53,394 nucleotides of DNA from a virus (lineage: Duplodnaviria; Caudoviricetes). The notes beneath the pieces were generated by a model. The model was not told the origin of the DNA and ran no database searches. It saw nothing but the letters and a program-made list of their open reading frames with translations. Shown piece by piece: positions 26,617 through 35,291 of the stretch. Where the stretch lies: IMG/VR virus record IMGVR_UViG_3300014913_000002, positions 1-53,394 of that record; one strand, 5' to 3'. Within the stretch, counting starts at the first letter, position 1, and each line of letters begins with the position of its first letter. The translations under genes were made by a program, and so were the position numbers.

Positions 26617-27321
26617 TTAAAACTTCAGATTCAGCCCCACATACGGCCTCGAGCCGATAAAATCATATCCCCCTACCAAGCTAAACAAAAACGTGACTCT
26701 CTGGCTGGAAAGCTCCCACCATTTGTATTTCAGGCTTAGCCCGACAAGATAATCTGAAAAGGTGTTCCCCCGAACACCAACCCCTACCTCAGAGCCAAAA
26801 TAAAATCGCCACACCCGGAAATAATCCAGCGAAAGGCAATGGTAAACCTTATCGCTGGCCACTAGGGAATAGCCAAACCTGAATTCCAAGCCGGCGATCG
26901 GTGGCTTCCATTCAGTAACAGAAATCTCAGTTTTATTATCTGCTATTGTATAAAAATTGCCTTTTTTATCTATTATCAAAGTTGTTTTTATCTCTCGGCC
27001 TTCCGGTGTTTCGGTTTTTATTTCAATCGTTCTCTTTACTAGTTCGGGATGAATGGGTAATTTCTTTTTCTCTACCGGTGGCTTGTCCGGCGTAATGGGT
27101 GTTTTTACGACTGGTGGCCGGTAGGTCTTTTTTTCGGTATTTTGTGCAGTGTAGTTGCCAAAAAGTTCGACTTTTTGTGCAGTATGCTTATCATAAAGTC
27201 GCTTTTTACTACATTTTTGAATCTGGATTACTCCCCAGATAACCGCCAGCACCAAAATAAGCAGTAGGCCTGACCGGATTACTTTGCTAATAGCGGTCAA
27301 GGTCTCGGTAAATTTATTCAT
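26617..27321 (-). CDS. Membrane protein with N-terminal TM and C-terminal amphipathic beta strands (spanin/outer-membrane-like)
   Basis: TM GLLLILVLAVIWGVI; Pro/Lys linker; ends YVGLNLKF. Confidence 0.5.
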   Translation of the reverse strand: MNKFTETLTAISKVIRSGLLLILVLAVIWGVIQIQKCSKKRLYDKHTAQKVELFGNYTAQNTEKKTYRPPVVKTPITPDKPPVEKKKLPIHPELVKRTIEIKTETPEGREIKTTLIIDKKGNFYTIADNKTEISVTEWKPPIAGLEFRFGYSLVASDKVYHCLSLDYFRVWRFYFGSEVGVGVRGNTFSDYLVGLSLKYKWWELSSQRVTFLFSLVGGYDFIGSRPYVGLNLKF

Positions 27322-27399
27322 GATTTGAATTAAAATTATTTATTGTTGTTTGGATGGGCAATGGGTCGGACTATAAAATACCGCCACCCCAAGTTTTTG

Positions 27400-28881
27400 C
27401 TATAAACCCAACTCTATTTCTTCAATCTTGTCTAAAGCTGATTTCCCGTTTTCTATGGCTTTTAAAACATCAAAAACTTTCTCTGACCACCCGGAAATAA
27501 GAAAAACATCATTATTGTTGACTTCCAGCGGAGTATTACCGTAACCGGCTAAATCAAAAAGATAAAGCTTTGCCCTAGGATTAATTGTTTGTTTATAGAT
27601 GCTCCACTCTTCTTTTAAATTCTTCCCCTGGAGACTAGAATCCCATAGCTGACAATCCGTAAAGATCATAATCTTATCAACAAAAAGCTCTTTTTGGTTT
27701 AGCCATTCAATAACTTTCCATCCATTTGTGCTATACCCGACTTCCCCCTCTCTTCTATGAAACTCATCAGCATTTCTTAGAATTGAATCTTTAGGAACAC
27801 CAATGACTTTCCAGGTATCCCCAAACATCCCCACAATTGCTTTTTTGCATTTTAAATTTAGCATCATCCCCAAAACGATGCCAATATCAAAATATTGAAT
27901 CTTTGACCGAGGGGAAACTTGGTTTTCCATTGAACCAGAAACATCACAAGCAATTAAAACATTCGAGTCGCTATCAATAGGAATATTCTCACAACTAGCT
28001 TTGATAGCTTTTTCAAGAGCGTCCTCAACAAGATTAAAATTAAAGCTGGCCACTTTTTTAATTTCTCGATATACGGCCAAAAACCTAAATGGCAACTGTT
28101 TCGATTTCTTTACCGCTTCCGGATTGCTTAAATAAGCCAAAACTTTATTAAGGTGTTCTCCGCTAACCTGGGCATTTAAAATATTTCGCAGGTTTCTCAA
28201 TAACGCCATATAGCCAACTTTGCCAGAATCAATCAGCTCTTCCCAAACTTCTTTGGTGTTTCCCCTCTCTGAAAGCTGGGTTTCCCAGGTGTATGGCGGA
28301 GTTAATTCATCATTTGCAATTTTCTTAAATAATTGCTCTTGTTCTTTGGTTCTTGGTTTGGGATGAGTAAGAAATAAAACATCTCTCAGCTTAATTTCCG
28401 TCTTCCGGTTATACTTAGCAAATTGATATTCATCAAATTTCAGAAAAGCCCTGGCAATTCCCTTCTGTAATTGTTTGGATAACTTGTTTAATTTTTCCTC
28501 TTTATCATTCGCCAACCAATAATAAGCCAGAATTTCATAAAGCTCGTCAGCCCGTTGAATGATTCTCTCTACCAGCCTGCTAACTAGGCTATCACCATTG
28601 TGGATTTTTGCCAATTCAACCGCTAACACCAAGGGAATGCTCCGCAAATACATTTTTTCCCTAGCATAAACAGCCAACTTAGCCACAAATTCAGCGGGAA
28701 CCTTTTTTATTAAATCCCTTATTTCACCGAGTTGAGAATTAACATCCTCATAAAATTTCGGCTGAAGTGAAGCCGTGCAAATACGTGTATAAAGCTCTAA
28801 TTTAGGCCACAGCTTATAAGCCGTTTCCCCCTCGTAATTGACGGTTTTGTTTTTACCCCTGGCTGGTTGAGAGAATCTCAT
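27400..28881 (-). CDS. TROVE-domain Ro60-like RNA-binding protein with vWA domain
   Basis: NYEG..AY, AVYAR..MYLRS, RADE, FDEYQFAKY, LRDVLFLTHPKP, TWE, YMALLRNLRN, LPFRF, DVSGSM, FTD.Q; GGAGG RBS before ATG 28881. Confidence 0.95.
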   Translation of the reverse strand: MRFSQPARGKNKTVNYEGETAYKLWPKLELYTRICTASLQPKFYEDVNSQLGEIRDLIKKVPAEFVAKLAVYAREKMYLRSIPLVLAVELAKIHNGDSLVSRLVERIIQRADELYEILAYYWLANDKEEKLNKLSKQLQKGIARAFLKFDEYQFAKYNRKTEIKLRDVLFLTHPKPRTKEQEQLFKKIANDELTPPYTWETQLSERGNTKEVWEELIDSGKVGYMALLRNLRNILNAQVSGEHLNKVLAYLSNPEAVKKSKQLPFRFLAVYREIKKVASFNFNLVEDALEKAIKASCENIPIDSDSNVLIACDVSGSMENQVSPRSKIQYFDIGIVLGMMLNLKCKKAIVGMFGDTWKVIGVPKDSILRNADEFHRREGEVGYSTNGWKVIEWLNQKELFVDKIMIFTDCQLWDSSLQGKNLKEEWSIYKQTINPRAKLYLFDLAGYGNTPLEVNNNDVFLISGWSEKVFDVLKAIENGKSALDKIEEIELGL

Positions 28882-28899
28882 AATTCCTCCTATAAAATC

Positions 28900-28970
28900 A
28901 AGGGGGAACAAACGAGAGGGGGGAGGGATTTACTGTCCTGCCGAAGTATCCCCTCTCTCCGCCACCCCTT
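28900..28970 (-). ncRNA. Y-RNA-like hairpin 2 (Tyr-anticodon-like apical loop)
   Basis: AAGGGG-UGGCGGA-GAGAGGGG-AUACUUCGGCA-GGA CAGUAAA UCC...CCCCUCUC-GUUUGUUC-CCCCUU; directly upstream of the TROVE gene. Confidence 0.75.
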
Positions 28971-28983
28971 AATATCAAAAGAA

Positions 28984-29057
28984 GCACGGGGAACAGGCGA
29001 AAAGGGAACAAAAAGCGGATTAACAGTCCGAAGTATCCCTTTTCTCCGCCACCGTGT
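28984..29057 (-). ncRNA. Y-RNA-like hairpin 1 (Asn-anticodon-like apical loop)
   Basis: CACGG-UGGCGGA-GAAAAGGGA-UACUU-CGGA CUGUUAA UCCG...UCCCUUUUC-GCCUGUUCC-CCGUG; stems covary with copy 2. Confidence 0.75.
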
Positions 29058-29086
29058 TTTATTTCTCATGCACCAGCCTTTTTCTA

Positions 29087-29115
29087 AAGATATACCATAA
29101 AAACTGTTTTGTCAA
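29087..29115 (-). promoter_or_regulatory. Sigma70-type promoter of the Y-RNA/TROVE unit
   Basis: TTGACA-N17-TATCTT. Confidence 0.65.
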
Positions 29116-29139
29116 GTTTTTTTAATCATTTCACAAAAT

Positions 29140-29325
29140 TTAATCATCTTCATTAAAAACATCTTCTTTGGTTGAAAACTGTCCTTCTTCTATTTCTTTC
29201 ATGGCTTGCCTCAATGATTCTCTTAATTCCTTGTCTCTCATAATCTCAAAAGTAAGCCACCAGCCATGGATCTCGTCTATTATCTTTTTCCCAAACCGAT
29301 AAGGACAGGCTCTTATAATACCCAT
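29140..29325 (-). CDS. Small protein resembling a Phd/YefM antitoxin C-terminus
   Basis: TFEIMRDKELRESLRQAMKEIEEGQFST.EDVF. Confidence 0.45.
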   Translation of the reverse strand: MGIIRACPYRFGKKIIDEIHGWWLTFEIMRDKELRESLRQAMKEIEEGQFSTKEDVFNEDD

Positions 29326-29328
29326 TTG

Positions 29329-30051
29329 TTAGGTCTTCCCCTTATTCTTGCCAATTGACTCAATAAAAGCCTTTACCACCCGGCCCGGGATTATATTTGT
29401 ATCCCAATTCTTATATCCCTCAACCGCTACCCCAAGAACCTCGCCTTTGCGGTTAATCACCGGTGAGCCGGAGTTCCCAAAGTAAACCCGGGCAGTGAGA
29501 TAAAACAAAGTCGGTTTATGAGTGTTATAAGTTATGTATCCCGGTCCCGAGGGGACCAAATCCGCTACTCCCCGAAACCCGAATATCCAGCATTCTTCAA
29601 AAAGGTGGGGATTGCGAAAGTCTTTGAAATAAAACCTGGGTTTAAACTTAACCTTAAAGGCAAGTAAATCTAGTTTGTTAGCTATAATTACATCCGTTGA
29701 TTTTAGAGCCTCCATCTGCTCATGCCGGTTGAAAATCACATAAATCTCATTGGCTTTGGGGAAATCCCGGTCAACCTTGTGACCGGCCGTTATAACCCAG
29801 CCGTCTTCCGAAACAAAAAAGCCGGTGGTCTTAGAACTCCCAGAATAACAGTAAACAATCCCCGGCATCAGCCTTACAAAAAGATTGTGAAGCTGGGTGC
29901 TTTCCCTGATAATCCGGACACCTTCAAATTGGGTCTGTTTAAGATACCCTTCTTCTTGTTGGATATATATCTGGCCAAAGGCAAAAATGGCCAAAATAAA
30001 AACCGCTCCAATAAAAACCTTTTTCACTGTTTCTTTTGCCTCTTTGGTCAT
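29329..30051 (-). CDS. Membrane-anchored trypsin-like serine protease
   Basis: N-terminal TM; triad TAGH / LDL / GNSGSPV. Confidence 0.9.
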   Translation of the reverse strand: MTKEAKETVKKVFIGAVFILAIFAFGQIYIQQEEGYLKQTQFEGVRIIRESTQLHNLFVRLMPGIVYCYSGSSKTTGFFVSEDGWVITAGHKVDRDFPKANEIYVIFNRHEQMEALKSTDVIIANKLDLLAFKVKFKPRFYFKDFRNPHLFEECWIFGFRGVADLVPSGPGYITYNTHKPTLFYLTARVYFGNSGSPVINRKGEVLGVAVEGYKNWDTNIIPGRVVKAFIESIGKNKGKT

Positions 30052-30716
30052 ATCGACCTGTCTGTTTCTTTTACGAATCCATTGATTGCCAAATAAAGGT
30101 CTTCAAGGTCACGGACGTCTCTCCGGCAATGATGGAGAATGTATTTCAATGATTTTTCATGACCCTGAAGTGCCAAAACCCAAGCCTGGGGGTCAATATG
30201 TGTTTTTCTGGATTTCCCTAAAACATGGCGACAGGCTTGTTCAAGCCGATTGCGACTAATACAAAGTTTATTCCGCACCATGTAATAAACATCCTTGTGG
30301 GCCAGGTCACCATAGCCGGGAAAATCAAGCCCCCAAAACAATGCCCGGCTTCTCACATAAGGGAAATCAAACCGAGAACCATAGTAAGAAATAATCTTAT
30401 CGAATTTCCTTAAATCTTCAATGCATTGCTTAACAACTTCTTTATCTAGAACCTTCTCTTTTTGGAGTTCCTCTTTTGTAATGCATCGTTCATAAATTTT
30501 CCGTTTCCCCAGAACCTTGATACAGTAACAAAGCATAATCCCAAAATCAGCTTTCAGGTTTGAAGCTTCAATGTCGAAAAAACCGATTTTAAGCCCTTTG
30601 GGGTTCTCTTGAAGATAGCAATTGTAATGCTCAAGGTATGTATGGCCGTGCCGGCACCGATGATTGTGGAGCCAGATTATTTCTTTTTTTGTCAGTCTCC
30701 CGACTGGAGCAATCAT
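30048..30716 (-). CDS. RNase H-like (DnaQ/YprB-type) exonuclease
   Basis: FFDIEA, YYGSRFDFPY, HKD, HC..DV. Confidence 0.85.
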   Translation of the reverse strand: MIAPVGRLTKKEIIWLHNHRCRHGHTYLEHYNCYLQENPKGLKIGFFDIEASNLKADFGIMLCYCIKVLGKRKIYERCITKEELQKEKVLDKEVVKQCIEDLRKFDKIISYYGSRFDFPYVRSRALFWGLDFPGYGDLAHKDVYYMVRNKLCISRNRLEQACRHVLGKSRKTHIDPQAWVLALQGHEKSLKYILHHCRRDVRDLEDLYLAINGFVKETDRSI

Positions 30717-30789
30717 ATTTAGCCCTTTCTAGTGTTGGCCACCACCCACCTGTGGCTCATTTCTTTTCAACACTATTGACCCGCCTCTT

Positions 30790-31149
30790 TTAATATTCAA
30801 AGTGATACTGATCATTAAATTTTGTTTTCCCTTCTTTATACCAATCGCCACCCCAGGTTCCACCTAATTTTTTCCATAAATCACCAAGGATTTCATACTC
30901 CAAAGTTTCTTCCCAAACCGGATTATTGTTTTCATCTATAATGACTATATCCATAGCCCGGCCCAACTGGTGCTTAGAGATTTTCTTGTAACCATCGCAA
31001 AGTGATTTACCAGCTTTATATAATTTCTTTTGCTCTTCTGCAGTCCTGAGAAACGATGTAGGGATAAAATGTATTCCGTGAATTTCGGCTAAAACGGTGA
31101 ACATACTAAATTTCAATATAAATTCCCACCGTCGCCTTGTATTGTTCAT
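30790..31149 (-). CDS. Endolysin, M15 peptidase family
   Basis: RTAEEQ..LY, SKHQLGRAMD, WGGDW, D.YHFE. Confidence 0.88.
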   Translation of the reverse strand: MNNTRRRWEFILKFSMFTVLAEIHGIHFIPTSFLRTAEEQKKLYKAGKSLCDGYKKISKHQLGRAMDIVIIDENNNPVWEETLEYEILGDLWKKLGGTWGGDWYKEGKTKFNDQYHFEY

Positions 31150-31334
31150 CTCTTCTTTATCTCCCGAATCTCCTGCCTGGTTGCCCGGGGTGGCCAATTC
31201 TCGGACGGTTCCCCCAAAAGCACCGCCTCGCAATACCCGCAAAGGTAGAGTCCGTCATCAATCTTGACGGCGTGTTTTTTGAGGATTTTGTCTTTGCAAT
31301 GCAAGCAAAGAACATATTCAGACCCTTTTTTCAC
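31146..31334 (-). CDS. Small zinc-finger protein
   Basis: CLHC and CGYC; coupled to the endolysin gene. Confidence 0.55.
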   Translation of the reverse strand: MKKGSEYVLCLHCKDKILKKHAVKIDDGLYLCGYCEAVLLGEPSENWPPRATRQEIREIKKR

Positions 31335-31343
31335 CTCACTTAT

Positions 31344-31396
31344 ATTATAAGGGGGGTCTGGAAGGCTTGTTGATGAATCGTCTTACATTGTAAGAC
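31344..31396 (-). promoter_or_regulatory. Candidate activator-dependent late promoter with palindromic site
   Basis: TATAAT at 31344-31349, weak -35 (TCAACA), perfect 17-bp palindrome GTCTTACA-T-TGTAAGAC at 31380-31396. Confidence 0.5.
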
Positions 31397-31524
31397 AAAA
31401 ATCGCCAAAAACCCCCATTTTTGGCCAAAACAATCTTACAATTCGCTATTGACAAGGTTTTCTGAGGGGGGGTAAATTTTGGGCAAATTGAAGGGTAAGT
31501 TAAAGTGGAACTTCTCAAAAAATA

Positions 31525-31851
31525 TTAAGAAGAAATCGGCTCGATGACTTGGTTCCGGTGATTAAAGATAATTTTCTGCCACTCCCGGCTTCCGTAGGGC
31601 CTACACCAGATTTCTTTTGTCTGAGAGGGGAGAATGGGAATTTTTTTAATCAGCTCTATGTCTTTATCGGTTATCTCGTCCACCACCACTTTTATCTTCC
31701 TCTCTGCTATCCCACCCATTGAAGCAATAAAACAGAATATTTGATTGTCGGAGTTTATAATCTCAAAACCGAGTTCTTTGAACAATTGTTTAGCAGATTC
31801 TTTGGCATAATAAAGGCGTTGACGGTAGGCGTCCGCTTTTTCCTCTGTCAT
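31525..31851 (-). CDS. Hypothetical protein
   Basis: GGAGG RBS; last gene of the middle block. Confidence 0.6.
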   Translation of the reverse strand: MTEEKADAYRQRLYYAKESAKQLFKELGFEIINSDNQIFCFIASMGGIAERKIKVVVDEITDKDIELIKKIPILPSQTKEIWCRPYGSREWQKIIFNHRNQVIEPISS

Positions 31852-32127
31852 TTACCCTCCTTTTATAGGCGTCATTTTGCCTAGGGTTTCCAAAATATCT
31901 TTTAGATAGCCACAAACACTTAACATAAACAAAATAAGCATAAGTATTATACAGACTGTTCCCGCCTTCTTTGATTTTTCTCCGCTTTCTACCAGAAAAA
32001 TAAATGTGCTCCAGCCTAAAAGACCCCCACATACTATCGTTATTATCGCAATAAGCGTGTCCACCTTAATCCTCCTCTTTATTGTCTTTGACGAGTATTT
32101 CCCCAGAAATTTCTCTAATAAGCTCAT
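31852..32127 (-). CDS. Small two-TM membrane protein
   Basis: Two hydrophobic segments; start uncertain. Confidence 0.5.
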   Translation of the reverse strand: MSLLEKFLGKYSSKTIKRRIKVDTLIAIITIVCGGLLGWSTFIFLVESGEKSKKAGTVCIILMLILFMLSVCGYLKDILETLGKMTPIKGG

Positions 32128-32533
32128 CGCAACAACTTATTCTTTCGGTAGCCCTGTTTACCGTAACAACATCAGGGCTATCTAACATTTTTAATGCTCT
32201 TTCTTTTTTGTTCTTAATACAATTAAGAGCTGATTTTAGCCCATGTTTAACGCCTGAAAAATAATTTTCCTCGACGACAATTTCTTCACTATAAACTTGA
32301 TAGCTTTCTGGTTCTGGTATTTCAATACCTTTCTTATACCAATCTTCAAAATAGTCTCTTTTAACTTCTTCTAGCTGAGCTAATGCTTCTTCAATAGTAT
32401 CCCCATCGCCCACAAAAGCGTATCTGCCTAATTCTGGTATCACGGCCCGCCATCCCCCACCATCTTCTTCTGGTATGGGGATTAATTCTATGGTATATCT
32501 CAGATTAAGATAATAGTTTAAGTCTTTTTTCAT
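32066..32533 (-). CDS. HicB-family antitoxin-like domain fused to an unrelated C-terminus
   Basis: YYLNLRYTIEL...EDGGGW.A.IPELG...GDGDTIEEAL...W..KGIEIPEP. Confidence 0.8.
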   Translation of the reverse strand: MKKDLNYYLNLRYTIELIPIPEEDGGGWRAVIPELGRYAFVGDGDTIEEALAQLEEVKRDYFEDWYKKGIEIPEPESYQVYSEEIVVEENYFSGVKHGLKSALNCIKNKKERALKMLDSPDVVTVNRATERISCCDELIREISGEILVKDNKEED

Positions 32534-33707
32534 TGGTTTATCCCCCCTTCTAACTCTCTCTCTAAAACCTTAATCGCTTCCGATAAAGAGTCTATCAGCT
32601 CTTGCCGGTTCTTTTCTCTTTCTTTGTCTCCTGCAGGACGATGGCTAAACGCAAACATCATACCACCAATGGTACCCTTTAAAAACTTGATGGCTCTTTT
32701 GATTTTTCTCTGTTTAGTCATGGTTCTTGCCTAGCTAAACTCTCTGTAAGTGAATTCGTAGCCTTCTTTATCTGTCCATATACCCCGATCGCTTTTTAGG
32801 TGGCTTTTAAAACCCTCATACTTATGTCTTATTGCTAAAAGCCCCACAAAATCCTCTTTTTCTACCTCGTCGCCATACTCGTCCACAATCTTTACGTCTG
32901 GTTGTCTCCAAAATTCAACCCAATCTCGGAAAGACCTAATTTCAACCCCATACTCCTCTTCTCGATAAGCCTGAAACAACGGTTTCCATCCAAAGCTAAT
33001 TTTGCAAATATGCAGTTCGTCATACCGCCCGCATTGCGGGCAAATGTTATACCGGGCATAGTAATTTGTTCCCATGTTAACCTCCAGATTTATTTTTTTG
33101 TTTTAAATATTCCTGAAGCCCATTATTTAACCACTTTAATGCTTCTTCTCTTGTATCAAATTCTCCGCTAAGCCAAAGAATTGTTGCCCAGCACGCTTTG
33201 AAAACTGAGTGGTTATCCTGATTTTCCTCTGGATTTTTCATTTTAATAATCCCGCTTTTATTTTCTCTAGGCTTTCCCAATGCTGACGATATAAATTATA
33301 TACACCAATCTCATTTTTGATAACCCTCTCTAAGCATTCTAGTGCCTGCGGTGGGGCTTGAATAAAAATGCACTTCTTTATTTCTTTATTCCAGGCAAGA
33401 CATTTTTCTCTAGCACAAATATTTATTCCTAAAATTGGACATTTGATATTACTGGTAAACCCTCTCACTTTTTCCTCCTCTCATAATCCCCACACCAGAA
33501 ATAAGTTAATCCTGGTGCGTTGTATTGGCCTCGACATCCATGTTTAAACTTAGCACATTTCTTACATTTCGGATGATAACCGAAAAGTATCACGTTTTCT
33601 AGAAACTCCAGTTCGCTTCTCTTGATTTGAAGTTCCGAAGGATAAAGCCTTCCTGGGGGTTTTGGCTTTGATTTTGTTTCCCTAATTTCATTCCAATGGG
33701 TTCTCAT
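32530..33707 (-). other. Run of five small hypothetical ORFs (32530-32721, 32731-33075, 33077-33280, 33238-33468, 33465-33707)
   Basis: Tightly packed or overlapping minus-strand ORFs, several Cys-rich. Confidence 0.55.
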
Positions 33708-34119
33708 GGTTTGCCTCTATATTTAAAAATTTCTTTAGACCCTCTTGGGTCAGCGGAATATAAAGCATTTTGTCTTTATCGCTCCAGATCGCCCGGTATC
33801 GCAATTTTTGTGATGATGTAAGCAGGCGATGATATAATCCAATTTCACCAAGAAATGATTTACACGCAATATATCCACCTTGTTTTTTCTTATTGACCGA
33901 AAAAACAAAAGTCGCTTCCGTTTCTTCTGGGCTGGGTTTTAGGGCAATTATCTTCTCATCGGCGTTATAAAAAATATAAACATATCGCTGGCGTAGCAGG
34001 TTCATTTTCCGGATAGCGTTTATATTTAGATAAAGATTTCCTGATTTTGTGATTGTTACATAGGGATATTTTCGGTGTCTTAATTGTTTTGGCTTGACCA
34101 GTTTAAATCCCGATTCCAT
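33688..34119 (-). CDS. Hypothetical protein
   Basis: GAGGTG RBS; 143 aa. Confidence 0.6.
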   Translation of the reverse strand: MESGFKLVKPKQLRHRKYPYVTITKSGNLYLNINAIRKMNLLRQRYVYIFYNADEKIIALKPSPEETEATFVFSVNKKKQGGYIACKSFLGEIGLYHRLLTSSQKLRYRAIWSDKDKMLYIPLTQEGLKKFLNIEANHENPLE

Positions 34120-34123
34120 TGCA

Positions 34124-34936
34124 TCACCTCTTTATGCCATAAAAATCCATCATTATTTCCATACAAAGCTTGTTTACAAAATCCCTATCCACCTTCTCTT
34201 GTAATTTTGAGTGAATCAGGGCATCTTCTATTCTGCTAAATAGCTCCTCGGAATATTTAAGGACTCTTTCCAACGACCATTCTCCCCTTTTTATCTCCAA
34301 AAGCATTTGGCTATCGGGTCTTTCCACGATCAGCTCTCCGGTAGAAAGCAACTCTATCCCCATCTTGAGCAACCGTATTAAATGACTAGCATTTTTGGTG
34401 TCATAGCCGAATTTTTCAAGAAGTTCTTTTCTTTTGGCTCCCATTCTCCCTGTATTGGGATGTGTCATTCGGTGAAGCTGACCATAAGCATAACCACAGA
34501 AGGAGTGATAGCATTGTTTTGAGATTAATTTGTTTCTATTCTTGATTAATCTTTCTCCTAGCTCTGTGCGGATTATGTAATATTTGTCAGTCAGCCAAAG
34601 TAAACACAAAATATTTGGATTTTGCTTAAGGATTAAATTCATGTATTTAGGAAGACTATAATAAACCACATCCCAGACAATCATTTTTTTCTGGGAAATT
34701 TTCTCTTCCCACATTCTTTCAACAGTTTCTAAGTTATCTATACCAAAACAAGTGCTCTCTGGCGGGATAAACACCCCCATTATATCTTTGTCGTCATGAG
34801 TAGTGTTTACATCATAAGTGCCGTGTGCAATACTGCCTCGATAACCCTTGAGAATCATATAATTTTCCAAGCTTTGTAACTCTTTTTCACTAACCTTCAT
34901 TGTTCCATCCTTAAAGCTTTCCCACCCCAATCCCAC
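34124..34936 (-). CDS. Pol-beta-superfamily nucleotidyltransferase (RNA-repair-associated RlaP/YcgL-like)
   Basis: RGSIAHGT...DDKDIMGVF, NPNIL..LW, GYA..Q, YDTKNASHLIRLL. Confidence 0.85.
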   Translation of the reverse strand: MGLGWESFKDGTMKVSEKELQSLENYMILKGYRGSIAHGTYDVNTTHDDKDIMGVFIPPESTCFGIDNLETVERMWEEKISQKKMIVWDVVYYSLPKYMNLILKQNPNILCLLWLTDKYYIIRTELGERLIKNRNKLISKQCYHSFCGYAYGQLHRMTHPNTGRMGAKRKELLEKFGYDTKNASHLIRLLKMGIELLSTGELIVERPDSQMLLEIKRGEWSLERVLKYSEELFSRIEDALIHSKLQEKVDRDFVNKLCMEIMMDFYGIKR

Positions 34937-34949
34937 AATGACCTATAGC

Positions 34950-35291
34950 TTACACTGACTCTTTCTTGAAATCCACCCGGAACAAGATGCCCATAATCAA
35001 GGTCAGGACTGCAATAATCGCTTCTACAGGAAGATTCAATCCGAACTGCTCATTCAAAGCACTAATCAGCACGGAAATAAACGCCAGCCAGAATTTTGGG
35101 TCTTTGAACCGACCCGCTTGTGCTACGACCCGCTTGAAGTCCAGTTTCGCCTCAAAAAGTACATAGAGAACCACCACTGAAAGTCCAGCCATAACTGCTT
35201 GAGCATCAAGATTTAGCCCGAATTCTTCAGAGAAAAATGTCAGGATAGCCGTTATCACTCCAATAACAGCCAAAAGTGTTTTACGACTCAT
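34950..35291 (-). CDS. Four-TM holin-like protein with internal duplication
   Basis: SRKTLLAVIG...FGLNL repeated as DPKFWLAFIS...FGLNL; strong RBS. Confidence 0.55.
   Translation of the reverse strand: MSRKTLLAVIGVITAILTFFSEEFGLNLDAQAVMAGLSVVVLYVLFEAKLDFKRVVAQAGRFKDPKFWLAFISVLISALNEQFGLNLPVEAIIAVLTLIMGILFRVDFKKESV

Noticed and set aside
28900-29057. CRISPR mini-array interpretation of the two repeats
   Set aside because: Only two units; the conserved blocks are interleaved with covarying stems, which fits structured RNAs rather than repeat-spacer units
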